Assembly: GCA_964531525.1 (NCBI GenBank) | Contig: CAZHDF010000004.1 | Location: 1-47,972 of the forward strand | Length of the DNA: 47,972 nucleotides | DNA from: an uncultured Alphaproteobacteria bacterium | GTDB lineage: Bacteria; Pseudomonadota; Alphaproteobacteria; JAAXGF01 | Reading direction: 5' to 3' | Part shown: positions 1 to 9,391 of the stretch, piece after piece | How positions within the stretch are numbered: the first letter of the stretch is position 1 | Layout: each line of letters starts with the position of its first letter | The notes under the pieces: model-generated | The model's input: only the letters and a program-made list of their open reading frames with translations | Told to the model about the DNA's origin: nothing | The model's database searches: none | Translations under genes and position numbers: made by a program

Positions 1-1
1 C

Positions 2-283
2 GCCCTCGACGAGATCACCCGCGACCATCTCAACGACCATCTCGTGCGCCTGTGGCAACGTACCCGCAAGACCGTGGTGTTCGTCACCCATTCGATCCCC
101 GAGGCGGTATTCCTGTCCTCGCGCATCGTGGTGATGTCGCCCCGGCCCGGGCGCGTTATCGATATCATCGACAGCGACCTGCCCCCCGACCGCACGCTCG
201 ACGTGCGCGAGACGCCCGAGTTCCTGGCCATCGCGCACCGGGTCCGCGAGGGGCTGCGCGCGGGCCATAGCTATGACGACTGA
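2..283 (+). CDS. ABC transporter ATP-binding protein, C-terminal fragment (NitT/TauT type); the 5' end lies outside the window
   Basis: The frame is open from base 2. The translation ALDEITRDHLNDHLVRLWQRTRKTVVFVTHSIPEAVFLSSRIVVMSPRPGRV contains the D-loop/H-loop region (VFVTHS) of ABC ATPases. Two permease genes follow 3 nt downstream. Confidence 0.8.
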   Translation, partial: ALDEITRDHLNDHLVRLWQRTRKTVVFVTHSIPEAVFLSSRIVVMSPRPGRVIDIIDSDLPPDRTLDVRETPEFLAIAHRVREGLRAGHSYDD

Positions 284-286
284 GCC

Positions 287-1219
287 ATGACGACGGATGC
301 TGTGGGAAGCCTGACCACGGCCCCCGGCGAGCCCTCGCTCTGGGATCGCCTGCGGCGCGGCAAGAGCGGGCCGATCGCGGCGGTTTGCCTGGCGATCTTC
401 GTGGTCTGGTACGCGGGCGCGATTTATCTCAACGCCCCGGTCCTGATCGACAAGTACGAGCGTCAGAAGACCGCCTGGACGGCGAGCCAACTGGTCGCCG
501 ACGCCTGGGCGATGAAACGCCCCGTGCTGCCCGCCCCCCATCAGATCCTGGCCGATCTCAACACCTCGATCTTTCAGCGCAAGCTCACCTCGAAGCGCAA
601 TCTCGCCTATCACGCCTGGGTGACGCTGTCCTCGACGCTTCTCGGCTTTCTCATGGGCACCGCTCTTGGGATCGCGCTCGCGATCGGCATCGTCCATGCG
701 CGCACCCTGGACCGCAGCCTGATGCCCTGGATCATCGCCTCGCAGACGATCCCGATCCTGGCGATCGCGCCGATGATCATCGTCGTGCTCGGCAACGTGG
801 GCTTCACGGGATTGGTGCCCAAGGCGATCATCTCGATGTATCTCTGCTTCTTCCCCGTGGCCATCGGCATGGTCAAGGGCCTGCGTTCGCCGAGCCGCCT
901 GCATCTCGACCTGATGCATACCTACAACGCGACCCGGCGCCAGGTGTTCACCATGCTGCGCTGGCCGGCCTCGGTGCCGTTCCTGTTCGCGAGCCTCAAG
1001 GTGGCGATCGCGATCAGTCTCGTCGGCGCGATCGTCGGCGAACTGCCGACCGGCGCCCAGGCGGGGCTCGGGGCGCGCATGCTGGTGGGGTCGTATTACG
1101 GCCAGACGATCCAGATCTGGTCGGCGTTGATCGTCGCCGCGCTGCTCGCGGGCACGATGGTCGGTCTCGTCGGCCTGGCCGAGCGCGTGGTCCTGCGCCA
1201 CGCGGGCGTGGCGCGATGA
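287..1219 (+). CDS. ABC transporter permease (binding-protein-dependent inner-membrane component)
   Basis: 310-aa polytopic hydrophobic protein. The ATG lies 3 nt after the ATPase stop. The stop overlaps the next start (ATGA at 1216-1219). Confidence 0.8.
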   Translation: MTTDAVGSLTTAPGEPSLWDRLRRGKSGPIAAVCLAIFVVWYAGAIYLNAPVLIDKYERQKTAWTASQLVADAWAMKRPVLPAPHQILADLNTSIFQRKLTSKRNLAYHAWVTLSSTLLGFLMGTALGIALAIGIVHARTLDRSLMPWIIASQTIPILAIAPMIIVVLGNVGFTGLVPKAIISMYLCFFPVAIGMVKGLRSPSRLHLDLMHTYNATRRQVFTMLRWPASVPFLFASLKVAIAISLVGAIVGELPTGAQAGLGARMLVGSYYGQTIQIWSALIVAALLAGTMVGLVGLAERVVLRHAGVAR

Positions 1220-2409
1220 GCGCGACCGCGATGACCGGCGGCCGCGCGACGCGCGTCCTCGATCTCGCCTGCGCGGGCTTTCTCGCCTGCGCGCTTCTGG
1301 CGTTCGCGTTTCCCGTCGCCGCGGTCGAGGGTGGCGCCGCGGGCTGGTTCGACCGCCCCGAAATGCTTGCTTTCGCGGCGCCCGCGCTCGTCGCCGCCGT
1401 CTGGCGTCTCGCGACCCGCGCCGAGGGCCTGGGCGCGGGCCTGATCCTGGCGCTCGCCACCCTGCTCGGCGCCTATGCGCCGCTGATCAATCTCGACGCC
1501 CAGTCGGCGCTCGGCCTCGAAACGAAAATGGAAGTCGGCGCGAGCGCGATCGGCATGTGGGTCTATGTCTTCGGGCTCGGCTTTCTCACCTGGCGAGCGA
1601 TGGCGCTGTTGTCGGCGGTGCGCGCCGAGCACGGCGGCGGGCGACTGGTGGGATTGCTGGTGCCGGGAATCTTCGGCGCCTGGCTGCTCTATCTCTGGCA
1701 GGTGGTGGTCACCGGGCTCGGCGTGCCTTCGGTGCTACTGCCGCCGCCCAGCATGATCGGCGCGGCGATCGCCGGCACCCCCGACATCCTGTGGGCCGAT
1801 TTCGTGCAGACCTTCCTCAAGGCGGTGATCGCGGGCTATGCGCTGGGCTGCGGCGCGGGCTTCGCGGTCGCCGTATTGATCGACCGGGTGCCGTTTCTTC
1901 AGCGCGGCCTGTTGCCGATCGGCAATCTGGTGAGCGCGCTGCCGATCGTCGGCATCGCCCCGATCATGGTGATGTGGTTCGGCTTCGATTGGCAGTCCAA
2001 GGCGGCGGTCGTGGTGGTGATGACCTTCTTCCCGATGCTGGTCAACACCATCGCCGGGCTGCACGCGACCAGCGCGATGGAGCGCGATCTCATGCGCTCC
2101 TACGCCGCGAGCTACCTTCAGACTCTGCTTCGGGTGCGCCTGCCCAACGCGTTGCCGTTCATCTTCAACGCCCTCAAGATCAACTCGACGCTGGCGCTCA
2201 TCGGGGCGATCGTCGCCGAGTTCTTCGGCACCCCGATCGTCGGGATGGGGTTTCGCATTTCGACCGAGATCGGCCGCATGAACGTTCCCATGGTGTGGGC
2301 CACGATCGCGGTCGCCGCGGTGGCCGGCTCGATCGCCTACGGGGCGCTTGCCGTCGTCGAGCGGACGGCGACGTTCTGGCACCCGTCTTACCACCGCAAG
2401 TTCGACTAA
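1216..2409 (+). CDS. ABC transporter permease with an extra N-terminal multi-helix extension
   Basis: ATG at 1216 (MSATAMTGG...) inside the long 385..2409 ORF. The C-terminal ~250 aa is a typical permease core (PIVGIAPIMVMWFGFDWQSKAAVVV...). About 140 additional hydrophobic residues precede it. Confidence 0.75.
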   Translation: MSATAMTGGRATRVLDLACAGFLACALLAFAFPVAAVEGGAAGWFDRPEMLAFAAPALVAAVWRLATRAEGLGAGLILALATLLGAYAPLINLDAQSALGLETKMEVGASAIGMWVYVFGLGFLTWRAMALLSAVRAEHGGGRLVGLLVPGIFGAWLLYLWQVVVTGLGVPSVLLPPPSMIGAAIAGTPDILWADFVQTFLKAVIAGYALGCGAGFAVAVLIDRVPFLQRGLLPIGNLVSALPIVGIAPIMVMWFGFDWQSKAAVVVVMTFFPMLVNTIAGLHATSAMERDLMRSYAASYLQTLLRVRLPNALPFIFNALKINSTLALIGAIVAEFFGTPIVGMGFRISTEIGRMNVPMVWATIAVAAVAGSIAYGALAVVERTATFWHPSYHRKFD

Positions 2410-2450
2410 CGGATAAATCGCAAGCCCAACCGCAAGTACAGGAGAGGCAA

Positions 2451-3446
2451 ATGAAAAGACTTGCAGTTTTCGGCGTCGCGCTGATGGCGTTACAGGCCGC
2501 TTCGGCCCAGGCCGCTGAAAAGGTGACGCTCCAGCTCAAATGGGTGACCCAAGCCCAGTTCGCCGGCTACTACGTGGCCCAGGATAAGGGCTACTACAAG
2601 GACGAAGGCATCGACATCACGATCAAGGCGGGCGGCCCCGATATCTCGCCGCCGCAGGTCATCGCCGGCGGCGGGGCCGACGTGATCATCGACTGGATGC
2701 CGTCTGCGCTCGCCTCGCGCGAGAAGGGCGTGCCGCTGGTCAACATCTCGCAGGTGTTCAAGCGCTCCGGCATGATGCTGACCTGCCGCAAGGACAGCGG
2801 CATCAGGACGCCGGCCGATTTTCGCGGCCACACGCTCGGGGTCTGGTTCTTCGGCAACGAGTACCCGTTCCTGAGCTGGATGGCCAAGCTCGGCATCCCG
2901 ACCAACGGCGGCGAGAACGGCGTGACCGTGCTCAAGCAGGGCTTCAACGTCGATCCGATCCTCCAGAAGCAGGCCGACTGCGTCTCGACCATGACCTACA
3001 ACGAGTACTGGCAGATCATCGACGCCGGGCTTTCGCCGGCTGATCTCGTGGTCTTCAAGTACGAGGACCAGGGCGTCGCCACGCTCGAGGACGGGCTCTA
3101 TGTGATCGAGAAGAACCTCAAGGACCCGGCCTTCGTCGATCGCATGGCGCGCTTCCTCCGCGCCTCGCTCAAGGGCTGGGAATACGCCCGGGCGCATCCG
3201 GACGAATCGGCCATGATCGTGCTCGAAAACGACGCGACCGGCGCCCAGACCGAGAAGCACCAGAAGCGCATGATGGGCGAAATCATCAAGCTCCTGGGCA
3301 GCCCGAAGAAGCTCGGTCTGCTCGATCCCGCCGACTACAAGCGCACGGTGAACATCCTGCTCGCGAGCAAGTCGACCCCGGTCATCACCAAGCGCCCGAC
3401 CGGCGCCTGGACGCATGACGTCTGGAACAAGGCGATGGGCATGTAG
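2451..3446 (+). CDS. Periplasmic substrate-binding protein (NMT1/THI5-like, NitT/TauT family)
   Basis: ATG at 2451 is preceded by GGAGAGG. The N-terminus is a signal peptide (MKRLAVFGVALMALQAASAQAAE). It sits in one operon with the ATPase and two permeases. Confidence 0.8.
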   Translation: MKRLAVFGVALMALQAASAQAAEKVTLQLKWVTQAQFAGYYVAQDKGYYKDEGIDITIKAGGPDISPPQVIAGGGADVIIDWMPSALASREKGVPLVNISQVFKRSGMMLTCRKDSGIRTPADFRGHTLGVWFFGNEYPFLSWMAKLGIPTNGGENGVTVLKQGFNVDPILQKQADCVSTMTYNEYWQIIDAGLSPADLVVFKYEDQGVATLEDGLYVIEKNLKDPAFVDRMARFLRASLKGWEYARAHPDESAMIVLENDATGAQTEKHQKRMMGEIIKLLGSPKKLGLLDPADYKRTVNILLASKSTPVITKRPTGAWTHDVWNKAMGM

Positions 3447-3486
3447 CCCAAGCCGAACCCGCGCGGCAGTTCCGCGCGAACACATC

Positions 3487-3517
3487 GAGGGGCGCCCGAA
3501 GGCGCCCCTCTTTTTTT
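3487..3517. terminator. Rho-independent terminator between convergent genes
   Basis: GAGGGGCGCC-cgaa-GGCGCCCCTC is a perfect 10-bp GC stem followed by TTTTTTT. It lies between the binding-protein gene (+) and the hydantoinase gene (-). Confidence 0.75.
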
Positions 3518-3540
3518 GTATCGGACCGTCTGCCCGTCTT

Positions 3541-5097
<1,557 letters not shown>

Positions 5098-5208
5098 TCA
5101 AAGCGCCCGGCGATGCGAGTCCCGAATTCCACCGCCCTTCGCCCTCCGCCGCGCCCGCGCCGGCGGCGGGAAAACGCCTTGCGCAGGCGCGCCGCCTTGT
5201 TACACTTC

Positions 5209-5224
5209 TTGACCAACTGGTCAG
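5209..5224. promoter_or_regulatory. RutR-type operator (TTGACCAacTGGTCAg)
   Basis: 13 of 14 specified positions match the RutR consensus TTGACCAnnTGGTCAA. It lies 39 nt upstream of the beta-ureidopropionase-like gene, in a divergent pyrimidine-catabolism promoter region. Confidence 0.65.
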
Positions 5225-5262
5225 ACTTTTTCCGTCGATTCGAACGAAGGGAGGCCGAAGAG

Positions 5263-6126
5263 ATGGCGACCGTCAAAGCCGGACTGATTCAGATGAGCCT
5301 CAAGGGCGACACGTCCGAAAGCCCCGCCGCGATCCGCGACAAGATGATCGAGGCTCATATTCCCTTCATCGAGGAGGCCGCGCGCCAAGGCGTGAACGTG
5401 CTCTGCTTCCAGGAGGTGTTCACCCAGCCCTACTTCTGCCCCAGCCAGGACGCCAAGTGGTACGACGCGACCGAAGAGATCCCCGACGGCCCGACCGTGC
5501 GCCTGATGCAGGAGTACGCCAAGAAGCACGGCATGGTCATCGTGGTGCCGATCTACGAGAAGGCGATGACCGGCGTCTACTACAACGCCGCCGCGGTGAT
5601 CGACGCCGACGGGCGCTATCTCGGCAAGTACCGCAAGAGCCACATCCCGCAGGTCGCGGGCTTCTACGAGAAGTTCTTCTTCAAGCCCGGAAACTCGAAC
5701 TGGCCGGTGTTCGAGACCGCGTTCTGCAAGCTCGGGGTCTACATCTGCTACGACCGCCACTTCCCCGAAGGCTGGCGCGCGCTCGCGCTCAACGGGGCCG
5801 AGTACATCGTCAACCCGTCGGCCACGGTCGCCGGCCTCAGCCAGTATCTTTGGAAGCTCGAGCAGCCGGCGGCGGCGGTCGCCAACGGCGTGTTCATCGG
5901 CGCGATCAACCGGGTCGGCACCGAGGCGCCGTGGAACATCGGCACATTCTACGGCTCGTCCTACGTGGTCGACCCGCGCGGCGAGTTCCTCGTCGAGGCG
6001 AGCGAGGACAAGGACGAGCTCGTGGTCGCCGAGATGGACATGGACAAGGTGCGCGAGGTGCGCAACATCTGGCAGTTCTTCCGCGACCGCCGGCCCGAGA
6101 CCTACGGTATCCTGACCGAGCTATAG
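5263..6126 (+). CDS. Beta-ureidopropionase / N-carbamoyl-amino-acid amidohydrolase (nitrilase/CN-hydrolase superfamily)
   Basis: ATG at 5263 follows AAGGGAGG. The E-K-C catalytic context is visible (CFQEVF, KYRKSHIP, ICYDRHFPE). It is divergent from the hydantoinase gene. Confidence 0.85.
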   Translation: MATVKAGLIQMSLKGDTSESPAAIRDKMIEAHIPFIEEAARQGVNVLCFQEVFTQPYFCPSQDAKWYDATEEIPDGPTVRLMQEYAKKHGMVIVVPIYEKAMTGVYYNAAAVIDADGRYLGKYRKSHIPQVAGFYEKFFFKPGNSNWPVFETAFCKLGVYICYDRHFPEGWRALALNGAEYIVNPSATVAGLSQYLWKLEQPAAAVANGVFIGAINRVGTEAPWNIGTFYGSSYVVDPRGEFLVEASEDKDELVVAEMDMDKVREVRNIWQFFRDRRPETYGILTEL

Positions 6127-6166
6127 CATGATGCGCGCCGGCCGACTCATCCAAAAGAATCCCGAG

Positions 6167-6619
6167 CTATAGCTCGGCCTCGCGCCGGTCCCCGGTTTCC
6201 GGCGACACGCCCACGGCGCTGCTCAGCGCCTCGATCACCGGGCAGCCGGGGTGGGTGCCGTTTTCGCAGTCCGCGACCATCCCCGCGAGCGTCGCCTCCA
6301 TGGCGCCGAGATCGGCGATCTTGGCGCGCACGCTCGCGAGATGGGCGAGCGTGAGCTCGCGGACCTCGACGCAGGCGCCGCGCTCGTCGTCGGCCAGCCG
6401 CAGAAGACCGCGGATCTCGTCGATCGTGAAGCCGAGATCGCGGCAGCGGCGAATGAAGCCGAGCCGACGGAGATGCGCCTCGCCGTAAAGCCGATGCCCC
6501 CCCGCGCTTCGCGGCGGCGGCGGCAGCAGGCCGATGCGTTCGTAATAGCGGATCGTTTCGCCGTGGCAGCCCGCGCGCTTGGCGGCGGCGCCCCGGGTCA
6601 GCATGCGTTCCTCGATCAT
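6167..6619 (-). CDS. merR: Hg(II)-responsive MerR-family transcriptional regulator
   Basis: HTH segment GETIRYYERIGLL. Three Cys sit at MerR-like positions (C83, C118, C126 counted from the 6619 start, versus C82/C117/C126 in Tn501). It is divergent from merTP(F)A. The start is chosen at the ATG at 6619 after GGAGGGGAG; ATG 6604 is an alternative. Confidence 0.85.
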   Translation of the reverse strand: MIEERMLTRGAAAKRAGCHGETIRYYERIGLLPPPPRSAGGHRLYGEAHLRRLGFIRRCRDLGFTIDEIRGLLRLADDERGACVEVRELTLAHLASVRAKIADLGAMEATLAGMVADCENGTHPGCPVIEALSSAVGVSPETGDRREAEL

Positions 6620-6658
6620 CTCCCCTCCTTCCCCGTATCCGCCCGGGCAATACGGGGC

Positions 6659-6689
6659 TTGATCCTGTAGCAACTACAGACCTTACAGT
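6659..6689 (+). promoter_or_regulatory. MerR-type promoter/operator for the mer structural genes
   Basis: -35 TTGATC (6659-6664), a 19-bp spacer and -10 TACAGT (6684-6689). The dyad CTGTAG-caa-CTACAG (6665-6679) sits inside the spacer. The 19-bp spacer is the MerR-family hallmark. Confidence 0.7.
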
Positions 6690-6719
6690 GTCCATCGTTC
6701 CGGAGCAATCGGCGATGCG

Positions 6720-7142
6720 ATGATGACGAATTCGAGTCTGTCCCACGAGACCGCGGCGCGCGAGGGCGCGGCGCCCATCCCGGACGACCGGGGGCGGCGG
6801 ACCTTCCTCGCGAGCGGAAGCGTGCTTGGCGCCTTCGCCATGTCGTCATGCTGCATCCTGCCGCTTGTACTCTTTAGCCTCGGCGTGACCGGGGCCTGGA
6901 TCGGCAACCTCACGGCGCTCTACCCCTACAAGCCCTATTTCTTCGTCGTGACAGCCGTTTTCCTCGCCGCCGGGTTTTATCAGGTCTACCGCCGCGATCG
7001 CGCGACCGCCTGTGGCGACGGCCGCGCTTGCGGAACTCCGCGATCGGCGCGGATCACGAAGGCCGCGCTATGGATCTCGACGGCGCTGACGCTCGCAGCG
7101 CTCGGGTTTCCCTATGCCGCGCCATTTCTTCTGGACTCCTAG
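6720..7142 (+). CDS. merT: Mercuric ion transport protein MerT
   Basis: Vicinal Cys in TM1 (AMSSCCILPLVLFSLGVTGAWIGNLTALYPYKPYF, compare the Tn501 MerT segment ACCLGPLVL..GAWIGNLT). A cytoplasmic Cys pair (ACGDGRACG) and the C-terminal ALGFPY are also present. Confidence 0.9.
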   Translation: MMTNSSLSHETAAREGAAPIPDDRGRRTFLASGSVLGAFAMSSCCILPLVLFSLGVTGAWIGNLTALYPYKPYFFVVTAVFLAAGFYQVYRRDRATACGDGRACGTPRSARITKAALWISTALTLAALGFPYAAPFLLDS

Positions 7143-7153
7143 AGGATAAGCCC

Positions 7154-7516
7154 ATGAGAGATCTCATCATCGCCGCCTTCGCCGTGCTCGCGCTGGGCGC
7201 CGGCGCCGCCGTTTTCACGGCAGGCGGCCTGTCGGGCGCCCCCGCCGTCGCCGCTTCGACCGCCGCCGACCCCGCGACGACGATCCCCACTGCCGCGCAG
7301 CGGACGGCGACCCTGCGGGTCGAGAACATGTATTGTCCCTCCTGCCCCTACATCGTCAAACGCTCGCTCGAGGCCGTGCCCGGCGTGATCGCGGCGTCGG
7401 TGTCCCTCGCCGACAAGACCGCGATCGTCACCTTCGACCCCACCCGCGCGCGCGTCGATCAACTCGTCGCGGCGACCACCGCCGCCGGTTATCCCTCGCG
7501 CCCGATCGGCGACTAG
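7154..7516 (+). CDS. merP: Periplasmic mercury-binding protein MerP (HMA domain)
   Basis: ATG at 7154 after AGAGGA. A signal peptide and an Ala/Thr/Pro-rich linker precede an HMA fold with the metal motif NMYCPSCP. Confidence 0.85.
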   Translation: MRDLIIAAFAVLALGAGAAVFTAGGLSGAPAVAASTAADPATTIPTAAQRTATLRVENMYCPSCPYIVKRSLEAVPGVIAASVSLADKTAIVTFDPTRARVDQLVAATTAAGYPSRPIGD

Positions 7517-7517
7517 A

Positions 7518-7635
7518 CATGATGTGTTCAAGTCGGCGCCGGCCCACTCCCCCGCCCGACCACCCACGGGCTCGTAGGATATGGGTGGCCGGGCGGGAGA
7601 GTGGGCCGGCGCCGATTCTATACAAAAACATCATG
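7518..7635. repeat. 118-bp palindromic intergenic element (REP/RIME/MITE-like) inside the mer operon
   Basis: The inner arms 7535-7566 and 7582-7613 are complementary at 30 of 32 positions around a 15-nt loop. The outer 8-bp inverted repeats are CATGATGT (7518-7525) and ACATCATG (7628-7635). Confidence 0.8.
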
Positions 7636-7672
7636 CGCTAGCCGCCTTCGGGCCATCTCAAATGAGGAAACG

Positions 7673-7939
7673 ATGATGACGAACAAGAAACTCCTAGGCG
7701 CCGGCGTGATCGGCTCCGTGCTCTTCGCCATCGGCTGCTTTACGCCGGCGTTGGTCGTGCTTTTCGGTCTCGCCGGCCTTTCGGCCTGGATGGGCGGCTG
7801 GCTTGACTACTTCGTGCTCTATCCGGGCCTCGCGCTCTTCCTCGTCCTGACCGCCTATGCAATCTATCGAATGCGGCGCGCGGCCAAGGAAGCGCAAGAG
7901 GTTTCGGGGTCCGAGCCCAGGACGAGTCAGGCCCGATGA
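7673..7939 (+). CDS. MerF-like two-helix membrane protein (single Cys instead of the vicinal pairs)
   Basis: ATG at 7673 after GAGGAA. LLGAGVIGSVLFAIGCFTPALVVLFGLAGLSAWMGGWLDYFVLYPGLALFLVLTAYAIYRMRR aligns by eye with MerF (..LVALCCFTPVLVILLGVVGLSALTGYLDYVLLPALAIF..IYAIQRKR). The stop overlaps the merA start (ATGA). Confidence 0.75.
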   Translation: MMTNKKLLGAGVIGSVLFAIGCFTPALVVLFGLAGLSAWMGGWLDYFVLYPGLALFLVLTAYAIYRMRRAAKEAQEVSGSEPRTSQAR

Positions 7940-9387
7940 ACGACATCGCCCCGACCGGGGAAAGTGGAAACCGGGACGACGGACGCGTCGACCTCGCGGT
8001 CATCGGCGCCGGCTCGGCCGGGTTCTCGGCGGCCATCCGGGCGGCCGATCTCGGCGCGCGAGTCGCGCTGATCGGCGACGGCGTTATCGGCGGCACCTGC
8101 GTCAACATCGGCTGCGTGCCGTCCAAGACCCTGATCCGCGCGACCGGCGCGATCCACGACGCGCGCCGCGCCGCGCGCTTCGCCGGAATCCGCGCCGAGG
8201 CGGCGGTCGAGGACTGGGCGGCGGTGATCGCCCGGAAGGACGCGCTGGTCGCCGATCTCCGCCAGGCGAAATACATCGACCTCCTGCCGGCCTATCCCGC
8301 GGTTCGTTACATCGAGGGACGCGCGCGCCTCGTCGAGGGCGGGGTCGCCGTCGGCGAAAGAACGATCCGCGCGCCCAAGGTCGTCATCGCGACCGGGGCC
8401 GCCCCCGCCCTGCCCGCGATCCCCGGCATCGAGGGCGTCGGCGCGCTGACCAGCACCGACGCTCTCTCGCTTACGAGCCTGCCGCGCTCGATGCTGGTGA
8501 TCGGCGGCGGCTATGTCGGCTGCGAGCTCGCGCAGATGTTCGCGCGCGCGGGCGTCGCCGTCACGCTCGTTACCCGTCATCGGCTCCTGCCCGGCGCCGA
8601 CCCCGAGGTCGCCGAGGCGCTTACCGGCTATCTGCGCGACGAGGGGATCGACGTTCGTACCGGTCTCGCCTATCGACGGGTCGCGAAAGGCGACTCGGGC
8701 ATCGTCCTCACGATCGTCCCCACCGCCGATGGCGGCGGCGAGGAGATCGAGATCGCGGCCGAGGCGCTGTTGGTCGCGACCGGACGCCGGCCCAACAGCG
8801 ACGGCCTCGACCTCGATCAAGCCGGGGTCGCGCGCGCGGCCGGCGGCTTCATCACGGTCGATGCGCATATGCGCACCACTCGGCCCGGGGTCTACGCCGC
8901 CGGCGACGTCACCGGACGCGACATGTTCGTCTACATGGCCGCCTACGGCGCCAAGCTCGCGGCCGAGAACGCGATCACCGGCGACAAGCGGCGCTACGAC
9001 GCGACGGCGATGCCCTGGGTCGTGTTCACCGATCCGCAGGTCGCGGGCGTCGGCCTCACCGAAACGCAGGCGCGGGCACAGGGGATCGACGTCAAGACCT
9101 CGACCCTGCCGCTGGATGCGCTTCCCCGCGCGCTCGCCGCGCGCGATACGCGCGGGCTCGTCAAGCTGGTGGCGGACGATGCGACCGCCCGCCTGCTCGG
9201 CGCCCAGATCCTCGCCCCCGAGGGCGCCGACAGCATCCAGGCCGCCGCCCTGGCGCTCAAGGCCGGCATGACCACGACCGAGATCGGCGAGAGTCTGTTC
9301 CCCTACCTCACCACGGTCGAGGGCCTGAAGCTCGCCGCCCAGGCTTTCGACAAGGACGTCTCAAAGCTCTCCTGCTGCGCGGGGTAG
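7936..9387 (+). CDS. merA: Mercuric reductase MerA, core form without the N-terminal HMA (NmerA) domain
   Basis: The FAD motif DLAVIGAGSAG begins near residue 18. The redox-active GGTCVNIGCVPSK and the C-terminal SCCAG Hg-binding Cys pair are present. Confidence 0.92.
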   Translation: MNDIAPTGESGNRDDGRVDLAVIGAGSAGFSAAIRAADLGARVALIGDGVIGGTCVNIGCVPSKTLIRATGAIHDARRAARFAGIRAEAAVEDWAAVIARKDALVADLRQAKYIDLLPAYPAVRYIEGRARLVEGGVAVGERTIRAPKVVIATGAAPALPAIPGIEGVGALTSTDALSLTSLPRSMLVIGGGYVGCELAQMFARAGVAVTLVTRHRLLPGADPEVAEALTGYLRDEGIDVRTGLAYRRVAKGDSGIVLTIVPTADGGGEEIEIAAEALLVATGRRPNSDGLDLDQAGVARAAGGFITVDAHMRTTRPGVYAAGDVTGRDMFVYMAAYGAKLAAENAITGDKRRYDATAMPWVVFTDPQVAGVGLTETQARAQGIDVKTSTLPLDALPRALAARDTRGLVKLVADDATARLLGAQILAPEGADSIQAAALALKAGMTTTEIGESLFPYLTTVEGLKLAAQAFDKDVSKLSCCAG

Positions 9388-9391
9388 TACC

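Noticed and set aside
385-2409. Single 674-aa ORF spanning both permease genes
   Set aside because: Its first ~277 codons are out of frame with the first permease and translate to Arg/Asp/Pro-rich sequence. A proper ATG at 1216 overlaps the upstream stop (ATGA) and begins the hydrophobic protein.
6620-6673. Longer merR start at 6673 (168-aa form)
   Set aside because: The extension (MLQDQAPYCPGGYGEGGE) would run through the operator and the -35 region. The ATG at 6619 has a strong GGAGGGGAG Shine-Dalgarno and gives a MerR of normal length, with the Cys residues at canonical positions.
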